The notes beneath the pieces are model-generated. The model searched no databases. It saw nothing but the letters and a program-made list of their open reading frames with translations, and was not told the origin of the DNA. The position numbers and the translations under genes were made by a program. From the NCBI GenBank assembly GCA_041662665.1, contig JBAZSC010000001.1:513511-577510 (forward strand): 64,000 nucleotides of DNA. The letters are read 5' to 3'. Origin of the DNA: Patescibacteria group bacterium (lineage in GTDB: Bacteria > Patescibacteriota > JABMPQ01 > JAQVVF01). Shown in pieces: positions 44,338 through 54,446 of the stretch; the stretch's first letter is position 1, and each line of letters opens with the position of its first letter.

Positions 44338-45512
44338 TTTTTTGTTCTTTTGCGCCTGTTGGGTTAGATGATTACGAGTCTTATTTTAAAGAAAATTTCT
44401 CTGATTTTATCTATCTAAAATGGAAATTTCCACATGGAGACAAAAATACTAGTTCTTTCTTAAGACATTATAGGGAACAAGAAAAAATTATAGACAAAAA
44501 AATATTATCTCCAATAGTCTTTAGGAATAGGTTATTATATTTTATTTTTCTGCCTTTTAATTACATGCTATATTTCTGTCAAGCTTTATTTTATCTTTCT
44601 AGAAAAAAAGAAAGAAAGAAAAGGATATTCTTTGGCATAAATTATATATGTACATTTTACGGGATATTCTTGAAAAAAATTGGTTACATTGATTTTATTA
44701 TTTATAGAGTGATGGACTTTTTCCCATTGCCAAAAAAAGGTATCTATCGTTTTTTGACCAGAATATTTTATATAATGGATGCATTTTGTTTAAAAAATGC
44801 AGATTCTATTTGGTTTACAACTAATCGACACATAATCGGGCGTCAAAAATATGGCTATTTTAAAGATTATGCTAAAAAGTCACAACTTATTCCACTTGGC
44901 ATTAATATTGATAATTGCCAATTAAAATTAATTAAAAAAAATTCAACCCCCACATTAGTTTATTGCGGCATAATAAGCAAATACCAACTTCTGGATTTAT
45001 TATTTGAAAGCGTAAAGGAATTAAAAAATGAATTTCCAAATTTAAAACTTGAAGTAATCGGTAGCGGACCTGATGAAATCTATTTCAAAAAAATAGCTAA
45101 AGAAATGGGAATTGATAAAAATATATTTTTTCATGGTTTTATAGAAAACATGGACGAAGTAAAAAAAATAATTTCTAGAAGTCATCTTGGAATAGCATTG
45201 TACAAAGATGAAGAAAACTATATGAAATACACTGAGCCAGCCAAGGTTAAATATTACTTAAATTTTGGTGTCCCAGTTGTAATTTCAAAAGTTCCAGAAA
45301 TTGCGCATGAACTTGACGAAAAGAAAATTAGCTTTTCAGTCAACAATAATAAAATAGAACTCGTTCAGGTTATTAGAAATTATTTATTAAATCAAAACCA
45401 GCAGAAAATATATCAAGAAAACATTAAAAATTTTTTGCCAACTATAGATATTAATAAATTATTATCTAAAAATTTCAAGCAAACTTTTACTAGTGAATAT
45501 ATTTATGATTAA
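44304..45512 (+). CDS. Glycosyltransferase (GT-B, family 4-like)
   Basis: IGSGPDE, EPAKVKYYLNFGVPVV; paralogue of 51725. Confidence 0.85.
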   Translation: MEKESFKNKELIFCSFAPVGLDDYESYFKENFSDFIYLKWKFPHGDKNTSSFLRHYREQEKIIDKKILSPIVFRNRLLYFIFLPFNYMLYFCQALFYLSRKKERKKRIFFGINYICTFYGIFLKKIGYIDFIIYRVMDFFPLPKKGIYRFLTRIFYIMDAFCLKNADSIWFTTNRHIIGRQKYGYFKDYAKKSQLIPLGINIDNCQLKLIKKNSTPTLVYCGIISKYQLLDLLFESVKELKNEFPNLKLEVIGSGPDEIYFKKIAKEMGIDKNIFFHGFIENMDEVKKIISRSHLGIALYKDEENYMKYTEPAKVKYYLNFGVPVVISKVPEIAHELDEKKISFSVNNNKIELVQVIRNYLLNQNQQKIYQENIKNFLPTIDINKLLSKNFKQTFTSEYIYD

Positions 45513-46389
45513 ACGATATTATTATTATATAAAAATTAACTTTTTAAGCATTTTAGATTATATATTTGGTGAATGGCGACGACTTGGAATAAAACCTAAA
45601 GAAATTGTTGTAGATTTAGGCTGTGGAGGCCGTCCATTGCCCAGAGCTGATATAATAGTCGATAAATTTTTAACAGGATTTACAGAAAGACCAACTGATT
45701 TCATTGATAACAAGGCTTTCATCATTCAATGTGATATTGATCATCTGCCTTTCAAAAATAAATCCATAGATTTTGTTTATAGTAGTCATGTTATTGAACA
45801 TTTAAATAATCCCGCAATTTGCTTGAATGAAATGGAGAGAATTGGGAAGAGAGGATATATTACTTGTCCTTCAGCTTTACGTGAACAAATCATGGCTCTT
45901 AAAATGCATTTATGGTTTGCAGAAATAAAAGATAATAAGATTATCTTATTCAGAAAAAAACAACCGTATCCCGAATTTATTAATAATTATTTTGATAAAT
46001 TTTTAGCATCTGAGCAAAGCTACATCTGGCATAGTTTTGAAAGAAGTTTTAGAAAAGAATTTTTTATCAATTATTTTTGGAAAAATAAAATTAATTACGT
46101 AATTCATGATCTGCAAAATATTCAAACCTGGAAAATAGCAGGCGAAACTGAATTTCAACCAGAGAAGAATTTCCTTTTAAGTATTAGAAAGAGCATAATT
46201 ATTTTCACCTCACAAACGATTAAAAAGATCTTTAGTAAGCAAATTGATATAGAAAAAATTTTATGTTGTCCAAATTGTCATGGAAATATAAAAATTAATG
46301 ATGAATTTGTTTTTTGCGAAAAATGTAATGAAAAATACCAGCATCAAGACAAAAGAATCTTTTATTTTGTTCAGAAATATGATGCATAA
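45505..46389 (+). CDS. Class I SAM-dependent methyltransferase with C-terminal Zn-ribbon
   Basis: VDLGCG, LPFKNKSIDFVYSSHVIEH, CCPNCHG...CEKC; start revised to ATG 45505. Confidence 0.88.
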   Translation: MIKRYYYYIKINFLSILDYIFGEWRRLGIKPKEIVVDLGCGGRPLPRADIIVDKFLTGFTERPTDFIDNKAFIIQCDIDHLPFKNKSIDFVYSSHVIEHLNNPAICLNEMERIGKRGYITCPSALREQIMALKMHLWFAEIKDNKIILFRKKQPYPEFINNYFDKFLASEQSYIWHSFERSFRKEFFINYFWKNKINYVIHDLQNIQTWKIAGETEFQPEKNFLLSIRKSIIIFTSQTIKKIFSKQIDIEKILCCPNCHGNIKINDEFVFCEKCNEKYQHQDKRIFYFVQKYDA

Positions 46390-46425
46390 ATTCCAAGTTC
46401 GTTTAATAATTTAAAAAGATATATT

Positions 46426-47226
46426 ATGGAAATTAATTTTAAAAAAAATTTTAATTTGATAGTTTTTTATCATTTAAGAAATCTTTTTGAACAAATTAAA
46501 ATAATTAAATTAATCAGAAATGTTCGGTATAATAAAGAAAAAATTAAAAAGCTTCAATTTTTTTCATCCTTTATGAAAGAAAAAGATTTAGTTTTTGATG
46601 TTGGAGCTAATGTCGGCATCTATTCAGAATTTTTTCTTGGATTAAAAACAAAGGTTGTGGCAATCGAACCTCAAGTTAAATGCGTAAAGTATTTGGAATA
46701 TTTATTTAAAAATAATAAAAATGTGGCAATCGAAAACGTAGCTCTAGGCAAGAATGAAGAAACGGGCGAAATTTTAATAAGTAGAACAAATGACGGACAT
46801 TCATCAATGTCAAATGATTTTATTTCGTCTATTAAAAAAAGCAATAGATTTTCTAATGACACATATTATTTTTTTGACAGAAAACAAGAAGTTAAAATCG
46901 CAACACTTGATTCGCTAATCAAGAAATATGGAATTCCAAAATTTATTAAAATTGATGTTGAAGGATTTGAATACAACGTTTTACAAGGATTGACTCAACC
47001 TATAAAAGCGTTATCTTTTGAGTTTTTCCCTGATTTTTTCGATCCAACCAAGAAATGTATTCAACACTTAGAAAAATTAAATAATTACCGTTTTAATTAT
47101 TCATTGAGAGATTTTTATCAATTAGAATTGCCAAAGTATGTGACAGGTACTGAATTAATCAAAATTATTTCAAACTTTTCTGAAAAAAACATATATGGCG
47201 AAATATATTGCAGAATCGAGAAATAA
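46426..47226 (+). CDS. FkbM family methyltransferase
   Basis: FDVGANVG, IEPQ, IKIDVEGFE motifs. Confidence 0.93.
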   Translation: MEINFKKNFNLIVFYHLRNLFEQIKIIKLIRNVRYNKEKIKKLQFFSSFMKEKDLVFDVGANVGIYSEFFLGLKTKVVAIEPQVKCVKYLEYLFKNNKNVAIENVALGKNEETGEILISRTNDGHSSMSNDFISSIKKSNRFSNDTYYFFDRKQEVKIATLDSLIKKYGIPKFIKIDVEGFEYNVLQGLTQPIKALSFEFFPDFFDPTKKCIQHLEKLNNYRFNYSLRDFYQLELPKYVTGTELIKIISNFSEKNIYGEIYCRIEK

Positions 47227-47248
47227 TTATTTATCTTTAACAAAAATT

Positions 47249-48067
47249 ATGATTGAGCAAAAAACAAATAGTAAAAAAACATTATCACTTTTGCATAAAT
47301 ATTATATCTTAATTAGAAATATTAGATATAAAGAGTATATTGATGAAATTGAAAAAATTAAAAACGCCGAGTACGCTGATTTTTCCAGTTTTAGCGGTAT
47401 TAGGAAAGAAAATTTTGCCAAATGTATCGATCAATGGAATAATTATATTTCTAAAAATAAAATAGATTATAATAATTTAGATAAATATTATTCAAATTGT
47501 AACACAATAACAAATATTGAGGATCAATACAGTAGAGTGAATCTATATAAAGTATTAAAAGAATCAATTAAAAGTTTAAACAAAAAAATAAATTATCTTG
47601 ATTTTGGTTGTGGAAGCGGTTCTTTAAGCTTTAATTTCATTAAGTTTTTTCAGGAGGGCTATTTTTTAGACTTTCATAGCATGTCTCAAGAATTTTTAAA
47701 ATATAGAATAAACTTGAATAAAGATTGCAGAAATAATTTACATATTTTAGAACCACAAGAAATTGATAAAATAAAAAACAACTCACTAGATATTGTATTA
47801 ATATATGATGTTTTAGAACATTTACCAAATCCATCAGCAACCTTGAAAAAAATATCCTCTAAAATCAAAATCGGTGGTTTTATAGTATTTAGAGCGCCAT
47901 GGGGAGACACATTTTTTGGTAAGCATCCTGACCATAATATATTTTCTAGAAAAGAAATGATCAAAAACGGAGGCATGAAATTGCTTAAAGAAAAGTACGC
48001 TAAGATTAAATCAGTTTGTATTCTTGATTATTATTATAAACAAGGCGTTTTTCAAAAAATAATATAG
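47249..48067 (+). CDS. Class I SAM-dependent methyltransferase
   Basis: LDFGCGSG, DVLEHLPNP motifs; likely start ATG 47249. Confidence 0.88.
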   Translation: MIEQKTNSKKTLSLLHKYYILIRNIRYKEYIDEIEKIKNAEYADFSSFSGIRKENFAKCIDQWNNYISKNKIDYNNLDKYYSNCNTITNIEDQYSRVNLYKVLKESIKSLNKKINYLDFGCGSGSLSFNFIKFFQEGYFLDFHSMSQEFLKYRINLNKDCRNNLHILEPQEIDKIKNNSLDIVLIYDVLEHLPNPSATLKKISSKIKIGGFIVFRAPWGDTFFGKHPDHNIFSRKEMIKNGGMKLLKEKYAKIKSVCILDYYYKQGVFQKII

Positions 48068-48079
48068 TTTTTAAAAAAA

Positions 48080-49489
48080 ATGTATAAGATTTTAGTTTTG
48101 AATTTACCAGGTAATGTAATGAAAGCTGGTTCAAGATGGTATAATGTTATTCAAAATTCAGCAACATCGCTAAGATACTCTCCATATCCTTGGTTTATGG
48201 GTTATTTAACATCATTATTAAAAAAAAATAATTTTGAAGCTAAACTTATTGACGCTATTGCGATGGAATGGAATTTTGAAAGAACGCTAGCTTTTATTAA
48301 AAAATTTAAACCAAAATACATAATTTGCGAACCTACATGGGTAAGTGAAGAAAGCGATAAAGATTTTTTAAGTAAAATTGACAAAAAAATAATCAAAATT
48401 GCGGTTGGAAACTATGCTACAAATTATCCATTTAATTGCTTAAAAAAAATACCAATAGATTATGTAGTTATCGGAGAATATGAATTTTCGATACTAGATT
48501 TTGTTAAGTCAGGTAACAAAATAATACCCAAAAATTTTGTAAGTAAAAATAAGAATAGTTTTGACAGATCAGAATTAGTAGATTTGAATCTCCTGCCTTT
48601 TCCAGAACGCAATGATACTCCGATTGAGTATTACAATGAACCATCTTGTTTTGGACGCAATATCGTAATGGTATCTTCACGCGGCTGTCGTTTAAAATGT
48701 AGTTTTTGTAATGTAGAATGCATATATGGCAAACATATCTACCGGACCAGAAATGTTAATAATGTAGTAGATGAAATGGAATATTTGAAAAAAAATTTTA
48801 AATTCGATGAAATATACTTTGATGATGACAATATGGTTGCCAAAAAAGAACATATAGATGGAATTTGTAAAGAAATTATTAGGAGAAGATTAAAAATAAA
48901 ATGGCTATGCATGGGTGATGGTTTAATCGATGATCAGACTCTGGAATTACTTGCGCTAGCTGGCTGTGTAACATATAAATATGGGCTTGAACATCTTGAC
49001 GAACAAGTTCTTAAAGCCATCCCGAAACCATTAAAAAGAGAACGTTTATTAGAAATAATTAAAAAATGCAAAGAGCTAAGAATGAGATCATACGTCAATC
49101 TGATTTTTGGACTTCCGCAATCAACTTTTAAAAAAGACTATAAAATGTTTCAGGATGTTCTTAAAGCTAATCCAGACTTATTACAAATTTCAATTGCTAC
49201 TCCATATCCAGGCACATTATTCTTTCAAAAAGCGAAAGCTAATGGTTGGCTTATCTCAGAAGATCCTAGTTATTTCGATGCTACTGGAAAAAGTGCTGTT
49301 TCATATCCAAATTATTCCGCAGAAGAGATTCAAAAAATGTTTAACTTAGGCTGGAAGATGTGGTATAAGCATGTTTTATTTAAGAAACCAAAAACACTTT
49401 TATTTTTCGTTAACAGTGAAATAAAAAGAAACGGATTATTAAGTACTCTTAATAAAATGACTTCTTATTCTAAAAAAATTATCAACTAA
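48080..49489 (+). CDS. B12-binding-domain radical SAM protein (HpnJ-like N-terminus)
   Basis: KAGSRW...PYPWFMGY; SRGCRLKCSFC; FDDDN; TPYPGT. Confidence 0.9.
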   Translation: MYKILVLNLPGNVMKAGSRWYNVIQNSATSLRYSPYPWFMGYLTSLLKKNNFEAKLIDAIAMEWNFERTLAFIKKFKPKYIICEPTWVSEESDKDFLSKIDKKIIKIAVGNYATNYPFNCLKKIPIDYVVIGEYEFSILDFVKSGNKIIPKNFVSKNKNSFDRSELVDLNLLPFPERNDTPIEYYNEPSCFGRNIVMVSSRGCRLKCSFCNVECIYGKHIYRTRNVNNVVDEMEYLKKNFKFDEIYFDDDNMVAKKEHIDGICKEIIRRRLKIKWLCMGDGLIDDQTLELLALAGCVTYKYGLEHLDEQVLKAIPKPLKRERLLEIIKKCKELRMRSYVNLIFGLPQSTFKKDYKMFQDVLKANPDLLQISIATPYPGTLFFQKAKANGWLISEDPSYFDATGKSAVSYPNYSAEEIQKMFNLGWKMWYKHVLFKKPKTLLFFVNSEIKRNGLLSTLNKMTSYSKKIIN

Positions 49490-49502
49490 ATTAATCAAAC
49501 AA

Positions 49503-50714
49503 TTGCAAAAAAATAAGATTCTTATTACTGGTGGAGCAGGCTATGTAGGCTCTAATCTTGAAAAATTTCTCAAAAAGAAAAATTTTATGATTTACTGTCT
49601 CGATATTCTCCCCAAAATAAAAAAAAATTATTTTCAAATTAATATTGTCAATAAAAAGCAAGTTTTAAATTTTCTTAAAAAAATTAAACCCGATATCATA
49701 ATTCATACTGCAGGTTTAAGCAATCTAAAAATTTGCGAAGAAAATAAAAAATTAGCATATCAAATCAATATTCAGGGAACAAAAAATCTAATTTCAGCAA
49801 TTAAGAATATTGACCAAAAAATTAAATTAGTATTTTTTTCTTCCGACTATGTATTTGATGGAATAAATGGAAATTATAAAGAGAATTCTATACAAAAACC
49901 AAGGACTGAATATGGAAAAAATAAACTTCAATCCGAAAAAGATATTAAAGATAACTTAAATAACTATATAATTTTGAGAACTGCCAACATATTCGGACAT
50001 AATGGCGGCAACTTTTTTAATTTCGTTGTAAAAAACTTGTTAGAAAATAAAAAGATCGAAGTTTTTAACGACGTATTTTACACTCCGACTTACATTGATT
50101 ATTTATTAGACTCAATCTATTATTTATTACAAAATGATTTTAACGGAACTATTCACATCGCAGGTGCTGAAACTATATCTCGTTATCAATTTGCTAAAAA
50201 AATAGCTTGTTCACTAAAAATAAATCCAAGGCTTATTAAACCTATTAAACAAGGAAACGGACTTATTTCAAAAAATGTTTCGCTTAATTCAAGCTATTCA
50301 AGAAAAATAATTAAAAATTATTATCCCAGTATAGATAAATCTCTTCATCATAATTTTTTGAATTTGCAGTATCCGTATTTTTATTTTGAAGATCAACGAG
50401 GTAAAATATTAGGATTGCTCCAGACAGGAAATTGGAAAGAAATTAACTACATAGAATCACAAAAAAAATGCATACGAGGTAATCATTATCATAAAAGAAC
50501 AAAAGAAGCCTTTTTCATTATTGATGGTAAAATCAAAGTCATTCTTAAAGATTTAAAAAACAACAAAACTAAAATATTTTATGTCCAAAAGGGTGACATT
50601 TTTATCGTAAACAAGTATGTTCTTCATACTTTTGAAATTATTAAAAATGCATCTTGGATTAATATGCTTTCAAAGCCAATGAACGAAAATGATAAGGACA
50701 TTCATCGAATATAA
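49503..50714 (+). CDS. RmlD-like NDP-sugar reductase fused to a C-terminal cupin (FdtA/WxcM-like)
   Basis: TGGAGYVG, SSDYVFDG, YGKNK; C-terminal FEDQRG...RGNHYHK...HTF; TTG start. Confidence 0.85.
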   Translation: MQKNKILITGGAGYVGSNLEKFLKKKNFMIYCLDILPKIKKNYFQINIVNKKQVLNFLKKIKPDIIIHTAGLSNLKICEENKKLAYQINIQGTKNLISAIKNIDQKIKLVFFSSDYVFDGINGNYKENSIQKPRTEYGKNKLQSEKDIKDNLNNYIILRTANIFGHNGGNFFNFVVKNLLENKKIEVFNDVFYTPTYIDYLLDSIYYLLQNDFNGTIHIAGAETISRYQFAKKIACSLKINPRLIKPIKQGNGLISKNVSLNSSYSRKIIKNYYPSIDKSLHHNFLNLQYPYFYFEDQRGKILGLLQTGNWKEINYIESQKKCIRGNHYHKRTKEAFFIIDGKIKVILKDLKNNKTKIFYVQKGDIFIVNKYVLHTFEIIKNASWINMLSKPMNENDKDIHRI

Positions 50715-50786
50715 TTTTTTCTGGTAATAATATTTATAAAAATATATACTACTAGATAGACACAAATAATTTTAAATAATATTTTT

Positions 50787-51722
50787 ATGAGCACTCATTC
50801 AGTAAGGAGAGAAAAAGTCTTAATAACAGGGGGGACAGGTTTGTTGGGATTATCACTAATACAAAATGCACCTAGAAATTATGATATTTTTGCCACTTAT
50901 CATAGATTTCCTACAAAGATTCTTCCAGATTTCAGTAATTGTAAATATATTTCATTAGATGTTACTGACAAAAAGAATGTAATGAAACTGTTCAAAAAAA
51001 ATAAACCTAAATATTTAATTCACACTGCATCAATAGGAAGTGTTGATTTTTGCGAACAACATAAAAAAGAAGCTTTCAAGATTAACGTTTTGGGTGGAAG
51101 AAACATGATTGAGGCGTGTAAAAAGTACGATACTAAAATTATTTACACATCATCAAATGCTGTGTTCGATGGAAAAAATCCTCCATACAAAGAAAGCGAC
51201 CAAACAAAACCTCTGGATTATTATGGCAAAACAAAACTGCAGACCGAAAAAGATATTTTGAAAAATAATATTAAATATTGTATTGTGCGTCTTATGACTA
51301 TGTACGGATGGAATCATTGTAACGAAAGGCCAAATCCAGTCACTTGGCTTCTGGATGAATTAAAAAACAATCGTCAAGTCAAAGTGGTAGATGATATATA
51401 CAATAATCATTTATACGTTAAAGATGCTGCTAAAGCTATATGGCAAATAATCAAAAAAAATAAATCAAAAATCTATCATCTAGCCGGACCAAAAACAATT
51501 TCTCGTTTTGATCTTTCATTAAATGTAGCCAAAACCTTTAAACTTAACCAAAATTTGATTCAACCCGTTGATTCTTCATTTTTTCCGTCATTAGCACCTC
51601 GACCAAAAGATACAACCTACCAGATCAATAAAATGATCAAAGAATTAGGCGTTAAACCAATGAGTCCTCTAAAAGGTTTACTTGATATGAAAAAAAATCA
51701 GCCTTCCTGGAAAAAAAGTTAA
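50787..51722 (+). CDS. RmlD-like SDR oxidoreductase
   Basis: TGGTGLLG, SSNAVFDG, YGKTK, APRP motifs. Confidence 0.88.
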   Translation: MSTHSVRREKVLITGGTGLLGLSLIQNAPRNYDIFATYHRFPTKILPDFSNCKYISLDVTDKKNVMKLFKKNKPKYLIHTASIGSVDFCEQHKKEAFKINVLGGRNMIEACKKYDTKIIYTSSNAVFDGKNPPYKESDQTKPLDYYGKTKLQTEKDILKNNIKYCIVRLMTMYGWNHCNERPNPVTWLLDELKNNRQVKVVDDIYNNHLYVKDAAKAIWQIIKKNKSKIYHLAGPKTISRFDLSLNVAKTFKLNQNLIQPVDSSFFPSLAPRPKDTTYQINKMIKELGVKPMSPLKGLLDMKKNQPSWKKS

Positions 51723-51724
51723 AT

Positions 51725-52858
51725 ATGAACAAACCTAAAAAAATATTATTAATTTCACATATTGCTAATTCGATCGGACCAGTCCAAAAAATGGAAGAAT
51801 TTTTAATTCAAAAAAAATCATGCTTTGCTGTTATTGGACATCCTTACGAGTTTACGTCAAACGAAAGTTTTTTAAAAATATATAGTAATGGTAAAATTAT
51901 AAGCGAAAAGAAGATTATCCGTAAAAAAAAGTTAAGTGCAATTGCCTATATCGAAGATATTTTTTTATCAATTAGGATCTATAAAAAATATCTAGATAGC
52001 AATTTTGAATTATGCTTTGGATTTGATCCACTTAACGCCATTTCAGCCATTATCATCAAAAAAATATATAGGATAAATAAAGTGATCTATTATTCTGTAG
52101 ACTATGCTGAAAAAAGATTTGAAAACTTTTTTCTTAATTATATCTATCATCTTTTAGATAAATTTGCTAGTAGGCACGCTGATTATTGCTGGTCAGTTTC
52201 AAATTCTATTCGTAATATTAGAAAGCATTTAAGAATACCAGATAAAAAAAACATTTTAGCGCCGAATGGGCTAAATATTAATGAAATTTGCACAACTCCA
52301 GAATTTCCTAAAAACAATATTTTTTATATCGGGGTGCTTTCAAAAACGAAAGGCGTGCATAGTCTAATCGACATAATGCCACAAATTCTTAAACAAAATC
52401 CGCTAGTTAAATTACACATAATTGGCGGAGGTCCAGATGAAGAATTTCTTCAAACTCTTGCGCAGAAGAAAGGAATAAGCGATAGAATTAATTTTTATGG
52501 ATATACGAAGCAAGAGCGAACAAACAAAATTCTTTCTCTTGGTGGAATCGGTGTTGCCCCTTATGAAGATACCGAGGATTATGTAAGATTCTGCGATCCT
52601 CTCAAAGTAAAAAATTATTTAGCAATGGGAATTCCTGTCGTTATGACAAAGATTCCAGCACTTGCAGAGGAGATTGAAGAAAATAGTTTAGGTTTTGCAG
52701 TCGAAAACAAAAAAGAAATGGCTGATAGAATCAATGAAATTCTGTCAGATTCAAACAAATATATGTTATTTAGAAATAATGCATTAAAAGCAAAAAAGAT
52801 GTATGATATTAATATGATTTATGACCAAGCTTTTCAAAAAATATCTTACAATATTTAA
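51725..52858 (+). CDS. Glycosyltransferase (GT-B, family 4-like)
   Basis: IGGGPDE, DPLKVKNYLAMGIPVV motifs. Confidence 0.88.
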   Translation: MNKPKKILLISHIANSIGPVQKMEEFLIQKKSCFAVIGHPYEFTSNESFLKIYSNGKIISEKKIIRKKKLSAIAYIEDIFLSIRIYKKYLDSNFELCFGFDPLNAISAIIIKKIYRINKVIYYSVDYAEKRFENFFLNYIYHLLDKFASRHADYCWSVSNSIRNIRKHLRIPDKKNILAPNGLNINEICTTPEFPKNNIFYIGVLSKTKGVHSLIDIMPQILKQNPLVKLHIIGGGPDEEFLQTLAQKKGISDRINFYGYTKQERTNKILSLGGIGVAPYEDTEDYVRFCDPLKVKNYLAMGIPVVMTKIPALAEEIEENSLGFAVENKKEMADRINEILSDSNKYMLFRNNALKAKKMYDINMIYDQAFQKISYNI

Positions 52859-52870
52859 ATCATTTGAAAT

Positions 52871-53698
52871 ATGCAAAATACGAATGTGATTCAAGATCAA
52901 AAATATTTTTTCGATTTAAATGCCCAAAAAGAAGAAAAAAAAGTAAACAAAAACAACTTTTTCTATATTTATAATACAGAAATCATCTATTCTGGTTTTA
53001 ATTGGTTATCTGATAGAAAGAAGATAATTGATTATGGATGCGGGACTGGTAAAAACATTGAAATGTTTTTGGACAATACGAACGACAAAAGCAAGAGTTT
53101 TATTGGTGTTGATATTTCTGATGAAGCAATTAAAAAGGCAAAAGAAAAATTTACAGAAAAACAATATAATTTCATCAAAATTTCAAACAATAAAATACCG
53201 CAAATTGCTGATATGGGAACCGATGGAGCTTATATGATTTGTGTTTTACATCATAGTCATGAACATCAGGCAATTTTTAACGAAATTTATAAAAAATTGA
53301 AGAAAAATGGGAAATTTTACATTGTAGATTTAACAGCAGATAACATAATTGTGAATTTTGCAAGAAATGCTTTTACAATATTGCCAAAAAAATTTAGGAA
53401 TAGCTTTAGCGATGACCTAGTTGTTGATGGAAAAATTCCAGAAAAATATGTAGTTAATATCAATAGTGTTGTCCAACAACTTAAACAAACTGGCTTTGAA
53501 ATTCAGGGGATAGATAAAAGTGAACTTTTTTTATTTATTGCAAGCTGGGTAGAAAAATTTGTCCCTATAAGTTGCAATGATTCTAACCTTTACTGTAAAT
53601 TACTAAGAAAATGCCATCAACTTGAAAAGAAAATGCTTAAAATTAATTATTTTAATAAAAGGGCTCATGTTTTTTCAATAAAATGCATCAAAAAATAG
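52871..53698 (+). CDS. Class I SAM-dependent methyltransferase
   Basis: IDYGCGTG, GVDIS, VLHH motifs. Confidence 0.88.
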   Translation: MQNTNVIQDQKYFFDLNAQKEEKKVNKNNFFYIYNTEIIYSGFNWLSDRKKIIDYGCGTGKNIEMFLDNTNDKSKSFIGVDISDEAIKKAKEKFTEKQYNFIKISNNKIPQIADMGTDGAYMICVLHHSHEHQAIFNEIYKKLKKNGKFYIVDLTADNIIVNFARNAFTILPKKFRNSFSDDLVVDGKIPEKYVVNINSVVQQLKQTGFEIQGIDKSELFLFIASWVEKFVPISCNDSNLYCKLLRKCHQLEKKMLKINYFNKRAHVFSIKCIKK

Positions 53699-54429
53699 AC
53701 AATTCAAACAATTGTATGCCGTCACAGCATGGAGGCTATTCACCAGGAAAAGAAAAGCCAATGCTGAATATAATAAATGACATATTGAAAGAGAATAAAC
53801 GTGGTTTTAAATTAATTGACATAGGATGTGGCGACGGATTTTTTTTAAACATGTTTTATCAAATTTTAGAAGAAAAAAAAATTGATTTAGATAATGTTAA
53901 ACTGGTTGGAATTGATAAGCATGAATACCATAATTCTTCAAGAAATAATAAAATTTTTTTTCTCAAAGAAGATATTTTTGAAATTGAAAAGCATTTCCCA
54001 CATAATTATTTTGATTTTGTAGTTTGTTCAGAGGTCATTGAACATGTTGTCGAAACAGATAAATTGATTAAGAAAATTAAAAAGATATTAAAACCAAATG
54101 GTTTTTTATTTTTGACTACACCAAATTTAGCTTCATATCACGGCAGATTTTCGTTATTAATGGGTCTTTTACCACTCGCGAGTGAAATAAGCAATGAAAA
54201 TGCAAAATTTGGAAAAGGCTTTTTATCGAAATATTATTTTACTTCGTCAAAACCGATTTTTCATGTTCGCGTCTTCACATTAAAAGCCCTAAAAGAATTT
54301 ATTATTTTTCACAAATTAGAAATAAAGAACATTTCTGGTTTTGATTACAAGATGCCTTGGTTTTGGAAAAAAATTCCTTCATTTGCACCTGGAATTTATA
54401 TGATTTGCCAAAATACAAAAGATTTTTAA
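53683..54429 (+). CDS. Class I SAM-dependent methyltransferase
   Basis: IDIGCGDG, FDFVVCSEVIEH, LKPNG..FLTTPN motifs. Confidence 0.9.
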   Translation: MHQKIDNSNNCMPSQHGGYSPGKEKPMLNIINDILKENKRGFKLIDIGCGDGFFLNMFYQILEEKKIDLDNVKLVGIDKHEYHNSSRNNKIFFLKEDIFEIEKHFPHNYFDFVVCSEVIEHVVETDKLIKKIKKILKPNGFLFLTTPNLASYHGRFSLLMGLLPLASEISNENAKFGKGFLSKYYFTSSKPIFHVRVFTLKALKEFIIFHKLEIKNISGFDYKMPWFWKKIPSFAPGIYMICQNTKDF

Positions 54430-54446
54430 AAAAATAAATATAGGCA

